Shown: piece after piece, positions 24,286 through 37,094 of the stretch
How positions within the stretch are numbered: position 1 is the first letter of the stretch
Layout: every line of letters starts with the position of its first letter
From: Octopus sinensis
Lineage: Eukaryota
DNA length: 64,000 nucleotides
NCBI RefSeq assembly: GCF_006345805.1
Contig: NC_043020.1
Location: 5,704,001 to 5,768,000 of the forward strand
Direction of reading: 5' to 3'
Made by a program: the position numbers and the translations under genes
The notes under the pieces: model-generated
Database searches by the model: none
Seen by the model: only the letters and a program-made list of their open reading frames with translations
Told to the model about the DNA's origin: nothing

Positions 24286-24872
24286 TTTTATAACAAAAAA
24301 TGTTTGCTTGGCCTTGACTTCATTTCCAAGCACGTAGCAAAAATCTAGGTTGTGTTAACGCTACGATGAGCATTTGAACCACATAAATTTTTGTCTACAC
24401 AACTATGTTGGGACTCCATAGTCTGGTGATAGAGAATGGTTCAGCACCAATAGCCATAGTAATAGCGTTACTTTGTTGATATTTGTAAATTTGCAATGTA
24501 AATTAACCATTGTTGCCATATTTCTGCTACCTTTGTCTCAATTCATTTTGAAATTGCTGAAGAATTTACAGAAATAACTGCCATTATTAACTCTGGTTTG
24601 GAATCAAAATTTTGATGAAAGGTTTTAATTTAGATCGCTTTAATGTTTTCGTTACCATATTGCTAATGAGATATGCTGCCTTTGTTTCAATTTATTTTGG
24701 AAATAATGAAGCAATTAGTAAAGTATCTTTGTCATTACTAAGCTGATGTTTGCAACATAAATTAAAATGAAATTTTGATGGTAGGTTTTAATTTAGATTG
24801 CTTTAAAACATGAAGTTTGTATCAAAGAATCAGCGCTGGTCTCAGGAAATTATATTATTCAAGTATAATGTT

Positions 24873-25100
24873 TTAACCCTTTCATTACCAACCCAGTTGA
24901 AACCGGCTCTGACTCTGAGTACAAAAGTCTTGTTTTCATAAGTTTTGTATTAAAATCTTCCACCAAACCTTAGTCACAATTTATGTTCCTAACACTAGCT
25001 TAATGATAACTAAGTTATTTCACTAAACTCTTTGTTATATTTAAAGTAATTGAAAGAAACACAGAGCATCTCAAAATAAATACAGTAACGAAAGGGTTAA
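24873..25100. mobile_element. piggyBac-like MITE with a matching empty site in the window
   Basis: TTAA at 24873-24876 and 25097-25100. The joined flanks match 22681-22710 in reverse complement, where there is a single TTAA. Confidence 0.9.
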
Positions 25101-25914
25101 GAAGCAGTATTGATATACTCAGCGGTGGACTGGCCAGGTTGTCAGCTTGCCTGATGGCAAGGTGGTCCCTGCGCCATTAGAATCCATATATGGGGGGGCC
25201 CATGTTAGTATCTAAGGGGCCCAGTTTGAGAATTTTTTATTCACTCCTGGAAGTAAGAGGGATAGAAGGACCCGGATAAGAGAAAAGTGGGGTTGCAATG
25301 TTGAAAGACATAATGAGATGAAGGGAAGATCAGTAAAAAGGAGAAGGTAAAATAGCCAAACATGGGGAAATGATGTGAGAGAGAGAGAGAAAGAAAGAGA
25401 AAAGAGAGAGAGGGGAAAGAGAGAGAAAGAGAAAAGAGAGTGCGAGAAAGAGAGAGACAAAGAGAGAGAGAGAGAGAAAAGAGAGAGAGAGAAAGAAAAG
25501 AGAGAGAAAGAGAAAAGAGAGAGAAATAAGAGAACGGGGGGGGAACAAATGTTGATATCAAATTTGAGACAATTCCAAGAGAGAAAGAATGAGAGAGAGA
25601 GACTGACAGACAGTACATCAAAGAAGAGGCAGTTGTGGGGTGGGGTGGGGGTGCAGAGATGTTAAGGTGGTGGGTGGGGAAGGGCAAGCGAGGGTGGGGG
25701 TGAGAAAGCATGTGCTGGTGGAAAGAGGGGAGTGGAAGTGTTGAAAGTCATCTTCTCCAAGAGGTGCCGATGATGCTTGTCTTTAACATCTACAGAGAAA
25801 CACCACACACACAGACGCTCACGTATTGATACGGTATTGACAAGTGGGGGGGAGGGTGGAGTGGCAGTGAGTATCGATCAGCTTACAATGATAGACAACA
25901 GATAATAATATTAA

Positions 25915-27250
25915 TGTGGTGGGGGTGTAGGGTGGTTATGGTGAAAGTGGTGGTGGAGGCTGCAGTGATGATGGTGATGAAGGTGGTGGTGGAGGCTGCA
26001 GTGATGATGGTGGTGGTGGTGGTGGTTGTGATAGTGGTGGTGGAGGCTGCAGTGATGATGGTGGTGGTGGTGGTGGTGGTTGTGATAGTGGTGGTGGAGG
26101 CTGCAGTGATGATGGTGATGAAGGTGGTGGTGATTGCGGTGATGCTGGTGGTACTGATAGTGGTGGGTCATAATGGTGGTGCATTGTTGATGTTGTTGTT
26201 GTGGTGGTGGTGGTGTGGTGCATAATGATGTCAACATGTGCTGGTGCCAGCGATGTGGTGGTGGTAGTAGTAGCAATGTGTAGAGGTAGAAATGCATTGG
26301 GTGGAGTGTGATAGCAATGGTGTTGGCAGTAGCGCATAGTGGTCATATTATTGTTATTCTTGTTGTTGGTGGTGGTGGTGGTGGTAATGTGTAGTAGAGT
26401 ATATATGATGGTAGTAGCAAGTGGCATGTGTGAGTGTAGTGGTGCTGGAGCTAGTAGTGTTGTGGTGGTAGTAGTAAAATGGTGTACATATAGTAGTGGA
26501 ACGTAGTGGTGGTGGTAAAAGTAGTAATAAGATGATGTGTCTGCATATGTAGTGAGATGTGTGTGTGGTAGTGTTGAAGTGTTGTTTAGCCCCGGGTCAG
26601 CCATGACCATCCCATCTTTTTAAGAATAGCTTCACTGATGTTGTCCAATGTGGGCGTGGTCTGTTTTCCTGTTTTTGTTTTTTTTCTCAAAGAGGACAGG
26701 GTGTGGTTTGAGGAAATTTGGTTACTATGTCTAGCAAGTTCAGCAACTGCATAGGAACCCGGATGTTGACAAGACATGTGGTGGTCATGGTGGTCACAGT
26801 AATGGTGGTGATGATGGTGGTGGTGGTGATAGTGGTGATGATGATGGTTGTGGTGGTGGTGGTAATAGTGGTGATAGTGGTGATGATGATGGTGGTGGTG
26901 GTGGTGGTAATAGTGGTGGTGATGATGGTGGTGGTGGTGATAGTGGTGATGATGGTTGTGGTGGTGGTGGTAATAGTGGTGGTGATGATGGTGGTGGTGG
27001 TAATAGTGGTGATGATGATGGTGTGGTGGTAATAGTGGTGATGATGATGGTGGTGGTGGTGGTGATGATGATGGTTTTGGTGATAGTGATGATGATGATG
27101 GTGGTGGTGATAGTGATGATGATGATGATGATGGGGGGGATTGGTGTGTTGACAAAACAAAGTGGTGAAGGGTGAAGATGGCACAGGTAGTGATGACGAC
27201 GATCAAGATGATGATGATGATGGTAACTGATGCTGCTGATGGTGATGGTA
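25915..27250. repeat. Long (GGT)/(GAT) trinucleotide-rich low-complexity region
   Basis: Read directly. Interrupted at about 26590-26770 by a dispersed repeat (gaccatcccatc... tatgtctagcaag). Confidence 0.9.
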
Positions 27251-27759
27251 CTGATGTACTCCCCCCACCCCACACAACACCACTACCGCAGATGTCTCAC
27301 ATTATTTACTTTCTTCCTACCTCCTACCCCCCACCCCCACCCCACCCCCCCACAGCCAAACTTCGTTTCAATTCCCGGTCGATTCTGTCACTTTGGTGTA
27401 TATGCCTGTACGTCTTCTTCCGTTCACTTCCAAACTCCATTTCCACCACATTTTCGAACCCTTGGCATCATTTATTCCTCGCCACGTAACTTATTTACCA
27501 AGTAATAAACAAACACACACATTCATGTGTGTGTGTGTGTGTGTGTGTGTTTGTTGCATGCATGCATGTGTGTGTGTAGTGTTATATTTTTGTGTATTGT
27601 GGGTATATATATGTATATATATATATAGATGTATACATTATATATAAGTGTATAAATGCATAAGTATAAATGTAAATATATGCATATGTACAAGTGTATA
27701 TGTAAACATGTATGTGTGTATTAATTTATATTATAATATGTATATGTGTGTAGATGTTT

Positions 27760-27805
<46 letters not shown>

Positions 27806-27830
27806 ATATATATATATATATGTATGTGTG

Positions 27831-27861
<31 letters not shown>

Positions 27862-27916
27862 ATGTATATATATATATGTATGTGTGTATGTATATATATA
27901 TATGTATGTGTGTATG

Positions 27917-27949
<33 letters not shown>

Positions 27950-28764
27950 ATCTGTATGTTTGTATATCTGTATGTGTATGCATATGTGTATATATAAATA
28001 TATATGTATATTTACACATATATATGTATATATGTCTGTATATATGTGTGCATATATGTATGTATGTATGCATATATATATATATCTGTGCCGTGTGTGT
28101 GTGTGTGTGTGTGTACGTATACGCATATACATGTAGACATATATATATATAAAAAATGGCTCAACGCCAACTCAAAGTAAGGAAAACAAAAAAGATAAGA
28201 AAAAAAAGATAATTGAAAAAACAACAACAAAAAAAACCCAAAGTGCGTATCGATTGGCAAATAAATAGCTATAGTGGTTTGTAATGAGCTTGTTTCACAA
28301 TGTGTGGTTGGCCAATAACAACTACCATAGACTGCGATCAGTGGATGGTCTCTCCTGGGACAAACCCATCACTGCAAACTCTATTCTATTACAATTATGA
28401 TAAACACATGAAGCGTAGCGACACAAAAAGAAGAAAAATCCTTTCATAGACTGTCAGATATTACATGCAAACACACATGTATGTCTCCCTATGCATGCAC
28501 ACGTCTGTATGTGCATACCCGTACGAATATGCATATGCATGAGCGGAGATGTACGTCTTAGGAGACTCAATGCAAATCCAAGTTTCTTGTTCTCATGGTG
28601 AGAGAGAGTGAGAAGAGAGAGAGTACTACACTTCACGTTATGAGTCACAATGAAGTTTTCGACACACACATACACACACACAAACATCGTCATCGTCTAA
28701 AAGTTCACTTTTCCATGCTGGCATGGGTTGGACAGTCTTTTTTTTTTCTTTTTTTATATTTTTG

Positions 28765-29115
28765 AAGCCGATGCCAGTGCTGCCTTGACTGGCTTCCGTG
28801 CCGGTAGCACGTAAAAAGCACCAACCGATCGTGGCCGCTGCCAGACTCCCCTGGCACCTGTGCCGGTGGCACGTAAAAAGCACCAACCTATCGTGCCTGC
28901 TGCCAGACTCCCCTGGCACCTGTGCCGGTGGCACGTAAAAAGCACCCACTACACTCGCGGAGCGGTTGGTGTTAGGAAGGGCATCCAGCTGTAGAAACAC
29001 TGCCAGATCAGACTGAAGCCTGGTGCAGCCTTCTGACTTTCCAGACCCCAGTCGAACCGTCCAACCCATGCTAGCGCGGAAAACAGACGTTAAACGATGA
29101 TGATGATGATGATGA
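28765..29115 (+). mobile_element. Family A retroposon with internally duplicated module
   Basis: gctgccagactcccctggcacctgtgccggtggcacgtaaaaagcacc occurs twice. Confidence 0.8.
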
Positions 29116-29232
29116 AGCAGATTTTCTCCAGTCGGATGCCCCTTCCGGTCACCAACTCCCACCTGTTTCCAAACAAGGTAATATCACCACCCATGGCCAA
29201 ACATGGCTTTCACTGAAGACTGGAAACTAGCA

Positions 29233-29909
29233 TTAACCCTTTTGTTACTACATTTCTGTTGAGATGCTCTGTATTTCTTTCAATTAATTTTAAATATAAT
29301 GAGAAATTTAGTAAAATAACTTAGTCGTGATTCAGCTAGTGTTAGGAACATAAATTGTGACTAAGGTTTGGTGGAAGATTTTAATTCAAAGCTTATGAAA
29401 ACAAGACATTTGTACTACAGAGCCAGAGCCGGTTTCAGCTAGTGTTAGGAACATAAATTGTGACTAAGGTTTGGTGGAAGATTTTAATTCAAAGCTTATG
29501 AAAACAAGACATTTGTACTACAGAGCCAGAGCCGGTTTCAGCCGGGTTGGTATCAAAAGGGTTAAGTGAAGCTATTTAAGAAAGGAAGAATGATTTTATT
29601 GCTGTTGAGGTCATCTTCACCTTTCATATCTTCAACATCAATATTAACGGGACCTGTGGAAATTCCACAGAGGGAAAAAGATTAACGCTTTGGTGATAAT
29701 ATTTCTGTTGAGATGCTCTGGATCTCTTTCAATTAATTAAAATATAACAAGGAATTTAGTAAAATAACTTAGTTATCATTAAGCTAGTGTTAGGAACATA
29801 AATTGTGACTAAGGTTTGGTGGAAGATTTTAATTCAGAACTGATGAAAACAAGACATTTGTATTCAGAGCCAGAGGTGGTTTCAGCCAGGTTGGTAACAA
29901 AAGGGTTAA
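29233..29909 (-). mobile_element. Composite: MITE (29233-29565) + 116-bp spacer + MITE (29682-29909)
   Basis: Four TTAA junctions. The whole arrangement recurs inverted at 62890-63420. Confidence 0.8.
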
Positions 29910-29969
29910 TTGTATGACAATGACGCTCATTTACAACTATCATGTGATGTAAAGACAAGGGTGGACACA

Positions 29970-30008
<39 letters not shown>

Positions 30009-30014
30009 AGGGTA

Positions 30015-30325
30015 AAGACCCCTTTGGTCATGAATGACCATGGGATTGCACCTAGAAAGTTACCCTCCGAGGTACAAGTCCGGGCAAGGTTGTTTATAAA
30101 AGACCAGCAATCACCCATGCATACCCGCTTCCCTTCTTGATGCCACCAATGTTATCCAAAGGAAAGGCAAAGACCGATACAGCTTGGCACCAGTGATGTC
30201 ACAACTCATTTCTACAGTTGAGTGATTTGGAGGATATGAAATAAAGTGTCTTGCTCAAGAACACAGCACACAGTCCAGTCTTGGAATCGAACTCACTACC
30301 TCATGATTGTGATCTCAACACTCAA
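30015..30325 (-). mobile_element. tRNA-derived SINE (family F)
   Basis: Same body as 37095-37415, whose minus-strand head reads tggctcagtggttagagcactggg...gagtttgattccc. Confidence 0.7.
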
Positions 30326-30864
30326 TAAGCACATACACACACACACACATATATATGATTCCATCTATCAAATTCACTCACAAGGTTTTGGCCAGCTCAG
30401 GGCTAATGTAGAAGACACTTGTTCAAGGTGCCACACAGTGGGATTGAACCTGAGTCCATATTGCTGAGAAGCAAGCTCCTTAACAAAGCAATGACTGCAC
30501 CTACAACATATATACCATCATCATCATCATTTAATGTCCACTTTTTTGAAGCCCTCATGGGTTTTATGCAGTCCACCGAGGCAGATTTTCTATGGCCAGC
30601 AGCCCTTCCTGTCTCTGACCAAGCAAGATAATCTCTCCCCATGTCCAAACTTGTTTCCACAGAATATTGGAAATGAATGGCCCTACTTGTATGACAGCAA
30701 CAATCATTTCAAGACAAGGAAACAAAACCTAAACATACTCACACACATTATACATACATATATTATATTATGAGGGAATATTATTCCAAACTTACAGGGA
30801 AAAATTCAATTTAGAAATACTAAATCAAATTTCACAAAATATAAAATATATATATATATATATA

Positions 30865-31253
30865 CTCTTTACTCTTTTACTTGTTTCAGTCATTTGACTG
30901 CGGCCATGCTGGAGCACCGCCTTTAGTCGACCAAATCGACCCCGGGTCTTATTCTTTGTAAGCCCAGTACTTATTCTATCGGTCTCTTTTGCCGAACCGC
31001 TAAGTGACGGGGACGTAAACACACCAGCATCGGCTGTCAAGCAATGCTAGGGGGACAAACACAGACACACACATACATATACATATATACGACAGGCTTC
31101 TTTCAGTTTCCGTCTACCAAATCCACTCACAAGGCATTGGTCGGCCCGGGGCTATAGCAGAAGACACTTGCCCAAGATGCCACGCAGGGGGACTGAACCC
31201 GGAACCATGTGGTTGGTTAGCAAGCTACTTACCACACAGCCACTCCTGCGCCT
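30865..31253 (-). mobile_element. SINE family B
   Basis: Consensus match. Confidence 0.85.
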
Positions 31254-31263
31254 ATATATATAT

Positions 31264-31322
<59 letters not shown>

Positions 31323-32210
31323 TACATGCATACATACATACATACAACAGGCTTCTTTTCAGTTTTTATCTATGAAATCCACTCACAGGGCTTTGGTTGG
31401 CCCTCGGCTATAGAAGTCACTTGCCCAAAGTGCCATACAGTGAGACTGAACCCAGAACTATGTGGTTGGGAAGCAAACCTCTTACCACACAGCCATGCCA
31501 GCACCTCTACATACATACATACACAAATGCATACTCACACACACATATAGTAAATGGGTGCTCCATCGGTTATGACAACAAGGGTTGCAGTTGATCCAGT
31601 CAACGGAACAGCCTGCTCGTGAAATTAAGTGCAAATTCCTCCAACCCTGTTTGTAGTTCCCATCTACCCAATTCCCTCACAAGGCATTGGTTGATCCTCT
31701 GCTATTGTAAAAGACATTTGCCCAAGGTTCTGTTCAGTGGGACTCAACCTAAAAATAATGTTTGTGAACTTCTAAACCACACAGCCTGGCATGCATCATG
31801 TGTGTGTGTATATATGCATATACACCCACTGCTTCTATGCATTTAGTACTTTACTTTAGTGTTTCTGCCTTACTTTTTTGTATTTTTTAACAGAAGCATA
31901 CTATATATATATATATATATAATATATATATATATATTATATATATATATACACACACACACATACATACCTATACACACATTCTTGGATATGGACATTT
32001 ATAACAAATAAATTATAAACACACACACATACACTCATATATATACACATTCACACACAGACATATATATATACACACCCATATATTGTGTGTGTGTGTA
32101 CACATCCATATATTACATATACACATGCGTATACACACCCATATATTATACACACACACATTTATTACATATACACACACATGTATACACACCCATATAT
32201 TATACACACA

Positions 32211-32440
32211 AGGCGTCGAGCTGGCAGAAACGTTAGCACACCGGGCGAAATGCTTAGCGGTATTGTGTCTGTCGTTGCGTTCTGAGTTCAAATTCCGCCG
32301 AGGTCGACTTTGCCTTTCATCCTTTCGGGGTCGATAAATTAAGTACCAGTTACGCACTGGGGTCAATGTAATCGACTTAATCCGTTTGTCTGTCCGTGTT
32401 TGTCCCCTCTATGTTTAGCCCCGTGTGGGCAATAAAGAAA
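32211..32440 (+). mobile_element. SINE family C, full length with 17-bp TSD
   Basis: catatattatacacaca at 32194-32210 and 32441-32457. Confidence 0.9.
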
Positions 32441-32998
32441 CATATATTATACACACACACACACATTTATTACATATACACACACCCATATATTATACAC
32501 ACACACACACATTTATTACATATACACACACATGTATACACACCCATATATTATACACACACACCACACATATATTACACACACACACACATATATTACA
32601 CACACACACACACATATATATATAATATATATACATTAATTTGTTCCTTCCTTGACTTTTGTTAAGTAAACTAGATTTCCTGGCAGAGTTTTTATCAACT
32701 TCCTGTTTGGCATACTAACACCGCCTGGTGATGGAGAGAAGAAACACACACTCTGGCTTCTGCTCGGTTAAACTGTTTCTTCTTCTCCTCCTTAGAAGTG
32801 CTCTCTGTCCTCTTCCTCCTTGTAACCATCTCACATTGCTGAAAGGTTTCTTATCTTTTCTTCTTCTTCTTATTTTGAGTTTCTCGGTTAACAAGGATTC
32901 TGCCAGAAAGGTGTAACCACCGCCACAACCACCATCCACCCCCTTGTAGACTGAAAACATCATTGGCATTCTCATTTTACGTTAATCTTCCCCATGCT

Positions 32999-33347
32999 GG
33001 GCAGGAGTGGCTGTGTGGTAAGTAGCTTGCTAACCAACCACATGATTCCGGGTTCAGTCCCACTGCGTGGCATCTTGGGCAAGTGTCTTCTGCTATAGCC
33101 TCGGGCCGACCAAAGCCTTGTGAGTGGATTTGGTAGACGGAAACTGAAAGAAGCCTGTCGTATATATGTATATATACATAGGTGCAGGAGTGGCTGTGTG
33201 GTAAGTAGCTTGCTAACCAACCACATGATTCCGGGTTCAGTCCCACTGCGTGGCATCTTGGGCAAGTGTCTTCTGCTATAGCCTCGGGCCGACCAAAGCC
33301 TTGTGAGTGGATTTGGAAGACGGAAACTGAAAGAAGCCTGTCGTGTA

Positions 33348-33399
<52 letters not shown>

Positions 33400-33810
33400 C
33401 ACAGGAGTGGCTGTGTGGTAAGTAGCTTGCTAACCAACCACATGGTCCGGGTTCAGTTCCACTGCGTGGCATCTTGGGCAAGTGTCTTCTACTATAGCTT
33501 CGGGCCGACCAAAGCCTTGTGAGTGGATTTGGTAGACGGAAACTGAAAGAAGCCCGTCGTATATATGTATATATATATATATATGCGTGTGTGTATGTTT
33601 GTGTGTCTGTGTTTGTCCCCCTAGCATTGTTTGACAACCGATGCTGGTGTGTTTATGTCCCCATCACTTAGCGGTTCGGCAAAAGAGAAGACCAATAGAA
33701 TAAGTACTGGGCTTACAAAAGAATAAGTCCCGGGGTCGATTTGCTCGACTAAAGGCGGTGCTCCAGCATGGCCGCAGTCAAATGACTGAAACAGGTAAAA
33801 GAGTAAGAGT
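32999..33810 (+). mobile_element. SINE family B with triplicated 5' half
   Basis: Heads at 32999, 33181 and 33398. Only the third continues to the tail. Confidence 0.9.
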
Positions 33811-34010
33811 ATGCTGGCATGGATGGATCGGTTCCACACAAAACCCCACCACTCGTTATGGCTCTTCGTCAACAGCGTTTTACTTTTTTATGGCAGGATA
33901 CCTCTCTTATCACCAACCTCTTAACATTATGAAGGAGGTAGATGGTATTTTGGCCTGTCACAATTATAAAGAATGTATGGCAGAAATACTATTGGATTTG
34001 TATTAATTAT

Positions 34011-34205
34011 AAATAGACTCATTAAAGTACCATTTAGTCTGTATTAATTAATTGTAAATAGACTCGTTAAAGTACCATTTAGTCTGTATTAATTAACTGT
34101 AAATAGACTCGTTAAAGTACCATTTAGTCTGTATTAATTAATTGTAAATCGACTCGTTAAAGTACCATTTAGTCTGTATTAGTTAATTGGAAATAGACTC
34201 GTTAA
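34011..34205. repeat. 45-bp minisatellite, 4 units plus a partial
   Basis: Unit starts (aaatagactc or a one-base variant) at 34011, 34056, 34101, 34146 and 34191. Confidence 0.95.
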
Positions 34206-34841
34206 TGTAACAACTGATCTACCAAAGTTGATATTGAAGTTCAATGAAATCCTCTGGCTTGTTGTATTCCGTGATAGTCGTAGGCAAGTATCAGCATTAT
34301 TCAAACAAGTGGTCCTAAGTATTTCCTAGTCTTTTATACAAACATGTCTAGACATGGGATAATATTGCTTTGCTTGGAAACAGGTGAGGATTAGCTGACA
34401 GCAGGAAGGGTACTCGGGCTTACTCTTTTACTTGTTTCAGTCACTTGACTGCGGCCATGCTGGAGCACCACCTAGAAAATCTGCCTCAATAAATTCTGTC
34501 TAACCCATGGAACCATGGAGAAGCAGATATCAAAACATTGATGATGATGGACTTAACTGATTTGCATTCACCTCCATTGAAAGAAGGATGTGGAGTTGAA
34601 CTTGGCAAGATTTGTTACTCTATCTTTTAGACACCAATCTATCCAAGACCACTCTCAGTTTTTGATACAGACTCCCTGTTGTAAAGTAATTTTGTTTTAA
34701 AACCTTCCGTCAAAATTCCATGTTAATTTATGTTCCAGACACCAGCTTAACGGTGATGAAGTTAGTCTACTAAATTCTTCATTCCTTTCCAATATTAATT
34801 GAAATAAAAGGCAGTGAATTTTAACAGATGTATAGTCTTTC

Positions 34842-35135
34842 ATCATCATCATCATCATCATCGTCATCGTCGTTCAAAGTCCGCTTTCCATGCTGACATG
34901 GGCTGGATGGTTTGACTGAGAACTGGTAAGCCGGGAGGCTGCACCAGGCTCCAATCTGATTTGGCATGATTTCTACAGCTGGATGCCCTTCCCAACACCA
35001 ACCACTATGAAAGTGTAAAGGGTGCTTTTTACCTGTCACTGGCACAGGTGCCAGTCAGGCAGCACTGACATCAGTCATGCATGAATGGTGCTTTTTACAT
35101 GCCTGTGCCAGTCAGGTGGCACTGGCATCAGCCAC
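34842..35135 (-). mobile_element. Family A retroposon
   Basis: (CAT)n tail plus body. Confidence 0.75.
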
Positions 35136-35184
35136 ACTCTTGTTTCAATTAATTTTGAAAGTAATGAAGAATTTAGAAATATAT

Positions 35185-35590
35185 TTCTTAACTACCCACA
35201 AGGGGCTAAACACAGAGAGGACAAACAAGGACAGACAAATGGATTAAGTCAATTATATCGACCCCAGGGCATAACTGGTACTTATTTAATTGACCCTGAA
35301 AGGCAAAGTTGACCTCGGCAGAATTTGAACTCAGAACGTAGCGACAGACGAAATACCTATTTCTTTACTGCCCACAAGGGGCTAAACACAGAGAGAACAA
35401 ACAAGGACAGACAAACGGATTAAGTTGATTATATCGACCCCAGTGCGTAACTGGTACTTATTTAATCGAACCCGAAAGGATGAAAGGCAAAGTCGACCTC
35501 GGCAGAATTTGAACTCAGAACGTAACGGTAGACGAAATACGGCTACGCATTTCGCTCGGCGTGCTAACGTTTCTGCCAGCTTGCCACCTA
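35185..35590 (-). mobile_element. Dimeric SINE family C
   Basis: Same junction gaaatacctatttctttact as 18575-18960. Confidence 0.75.
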
Positions 35591-35786
35591 GAAATAACTA
35601 TCATTATTAAGCTGGTGTTTGGAACATAAACTAACAGGAAATATTGATGGAAAATTTTAATTTAGATCACTTTAACCTTTTTTCTTTTTTTGTGTGAATT
35701 GCTGCTGAAACACACCATCTTTGTTTCAATAAATTTTGGAAATAAAGAATTTAGTAAAATGACTAAAATGGCACGTAAAAAACACC

Positions 35787-35975
35787 ATCCGTGGAACAAG
35801 CTGCCAGACGAGATGGTGAAGATGCCGACGACCGCTTTGTTCAAAGTCTCCCTTGACCTCAAGTGGCCTGAACTCTTTACATGAACACCACCCTGTACTT
35901 AACTCCATGTCCCCCTACATGGCCTTGTTATTTGCTTTTGAGCCAAAAATTAATTAACTAACTAACTAACTAACC
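35787..35975 (+). mobile_element. CR1 3' fragment with (TAAC)n tail
   Basis: PWNKLPDEMVKMPTTALFKVSLDLKWPELFT-stop. Same family as 404-760. Confidence 0.85.
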
Positions 35976-35977
35976 AT

Positions 35978-36205
35978 TTGAGCGTGGCTGTTGCCAGTGC
36001 TGCCAGACTGGCCCTCATGCAGGTGGCACATAAAGCACCCACTACACTCTCGGAGTGGTTGGCATTAGGAAGGGCATCCAGCTGTAGAAACTCTGCCAGA
36101 TCAGATTGGAGCCTGGTGCAACCATCTGGTTCGCCAGTCCTAAGTCAACTCGTCCAACCCATGCTAGCATGGAAAGCAGACGTTAAATGATGATGATGAT
36201 GATGA
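35978..36205 (+). mobile_element. Family A retroposon
   Basis: Body plus (TGA)n tail. Confidence 0.75.
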
Positions 36206-37094
36206 CTTTGATTTTAAGCTTGCGTTTGGAACTTAAATTAACATGAAATTGTGGAAGAAAGTTCCAATTTAGATCACTTTAACCCTTGTGTTACCGAATT
36301 TCTCTTGAAATACTCTGCCTTTGTTTCAATTACTTTTGAAACTAATGAACTTTGTAAATATTAAATCTGGTGTTTGAAACTTTTAATGGAAGGTTATAAT
36401 TTAGATTACTTTTAAAACAGGAAGTTTGTACGATGGAACAAAGGGCAAACTGAAATGGGTTAGTATCAAAAGAATTGAAAAAGAAGCTAGGCTTTCGTCG
36501 AAAGGGTGAAAGGTAGTGAGAGGATATAAAAGAGCAGCTCTTCAGAGTTATACATCTCTATCTCTGTATATATAAAGCTGAAGGTGTGTGTATGGCAGGT
36601 TTGGTAGCCTTCAATTAACACTATCTCCTCTGAGACCCTGCGGTGCAAGTTGACCAAAATTGAGAGTACGATAGAAGAAGGCTTGCTCTTCCTTCTGTAG
36701 AAGAAAAAATTCAGATCGGACCATGTTAACACCAAAAATTATTAGCATCAAAAAGGTGCTTTTTTTCTGTGAAAATCCCTATTTTTTACGATTTTTTGAC
36801 TGCTGTGTCGTCATTTTTCGGTGTATTTCAACCAGAAAAATGTTCACTTAAAGAGAAAAACAAGCTACATAAGGCAAAATTTTTACTTTTCAAAAATTCC
36901 AATTCTAAAGGGTCGAAACAATACCGGGCAATACTGCTAGTTAATATATATGACCACTGTGACTACACCAGCTCAGTTTGATATTCAAGTATGTGGTTTG
37001 TGTAATTATATTTATGACAGGACAAGAATGGGGGTCTTACTGAAGAGGAGATGCATGGTTATCTCAGTCGGAACAGACAGACAGAGAGACATAC

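Noticed and set aside
32715-32975. Arg/Lys-rich 86-aa ORF in unique sequence
   Set aside because: No recognisable domain and no convincing splice sites. Purine bias explains the composition.
34205-34330. Possible minus-strand exon (open frame TTCLNNADTCLRLSRN...)
   Set aside because: The acceptor frame and the donor-compatible frame disagree, and nothing resembles the CARHSP1 family.
37040-37075. Second hammerhead candidate CTGAAGAG-GAGAT...ATCTC
   Set aside because: The stem is not followed directly by GAAA (agtcggaac) and no helix III or I was found.
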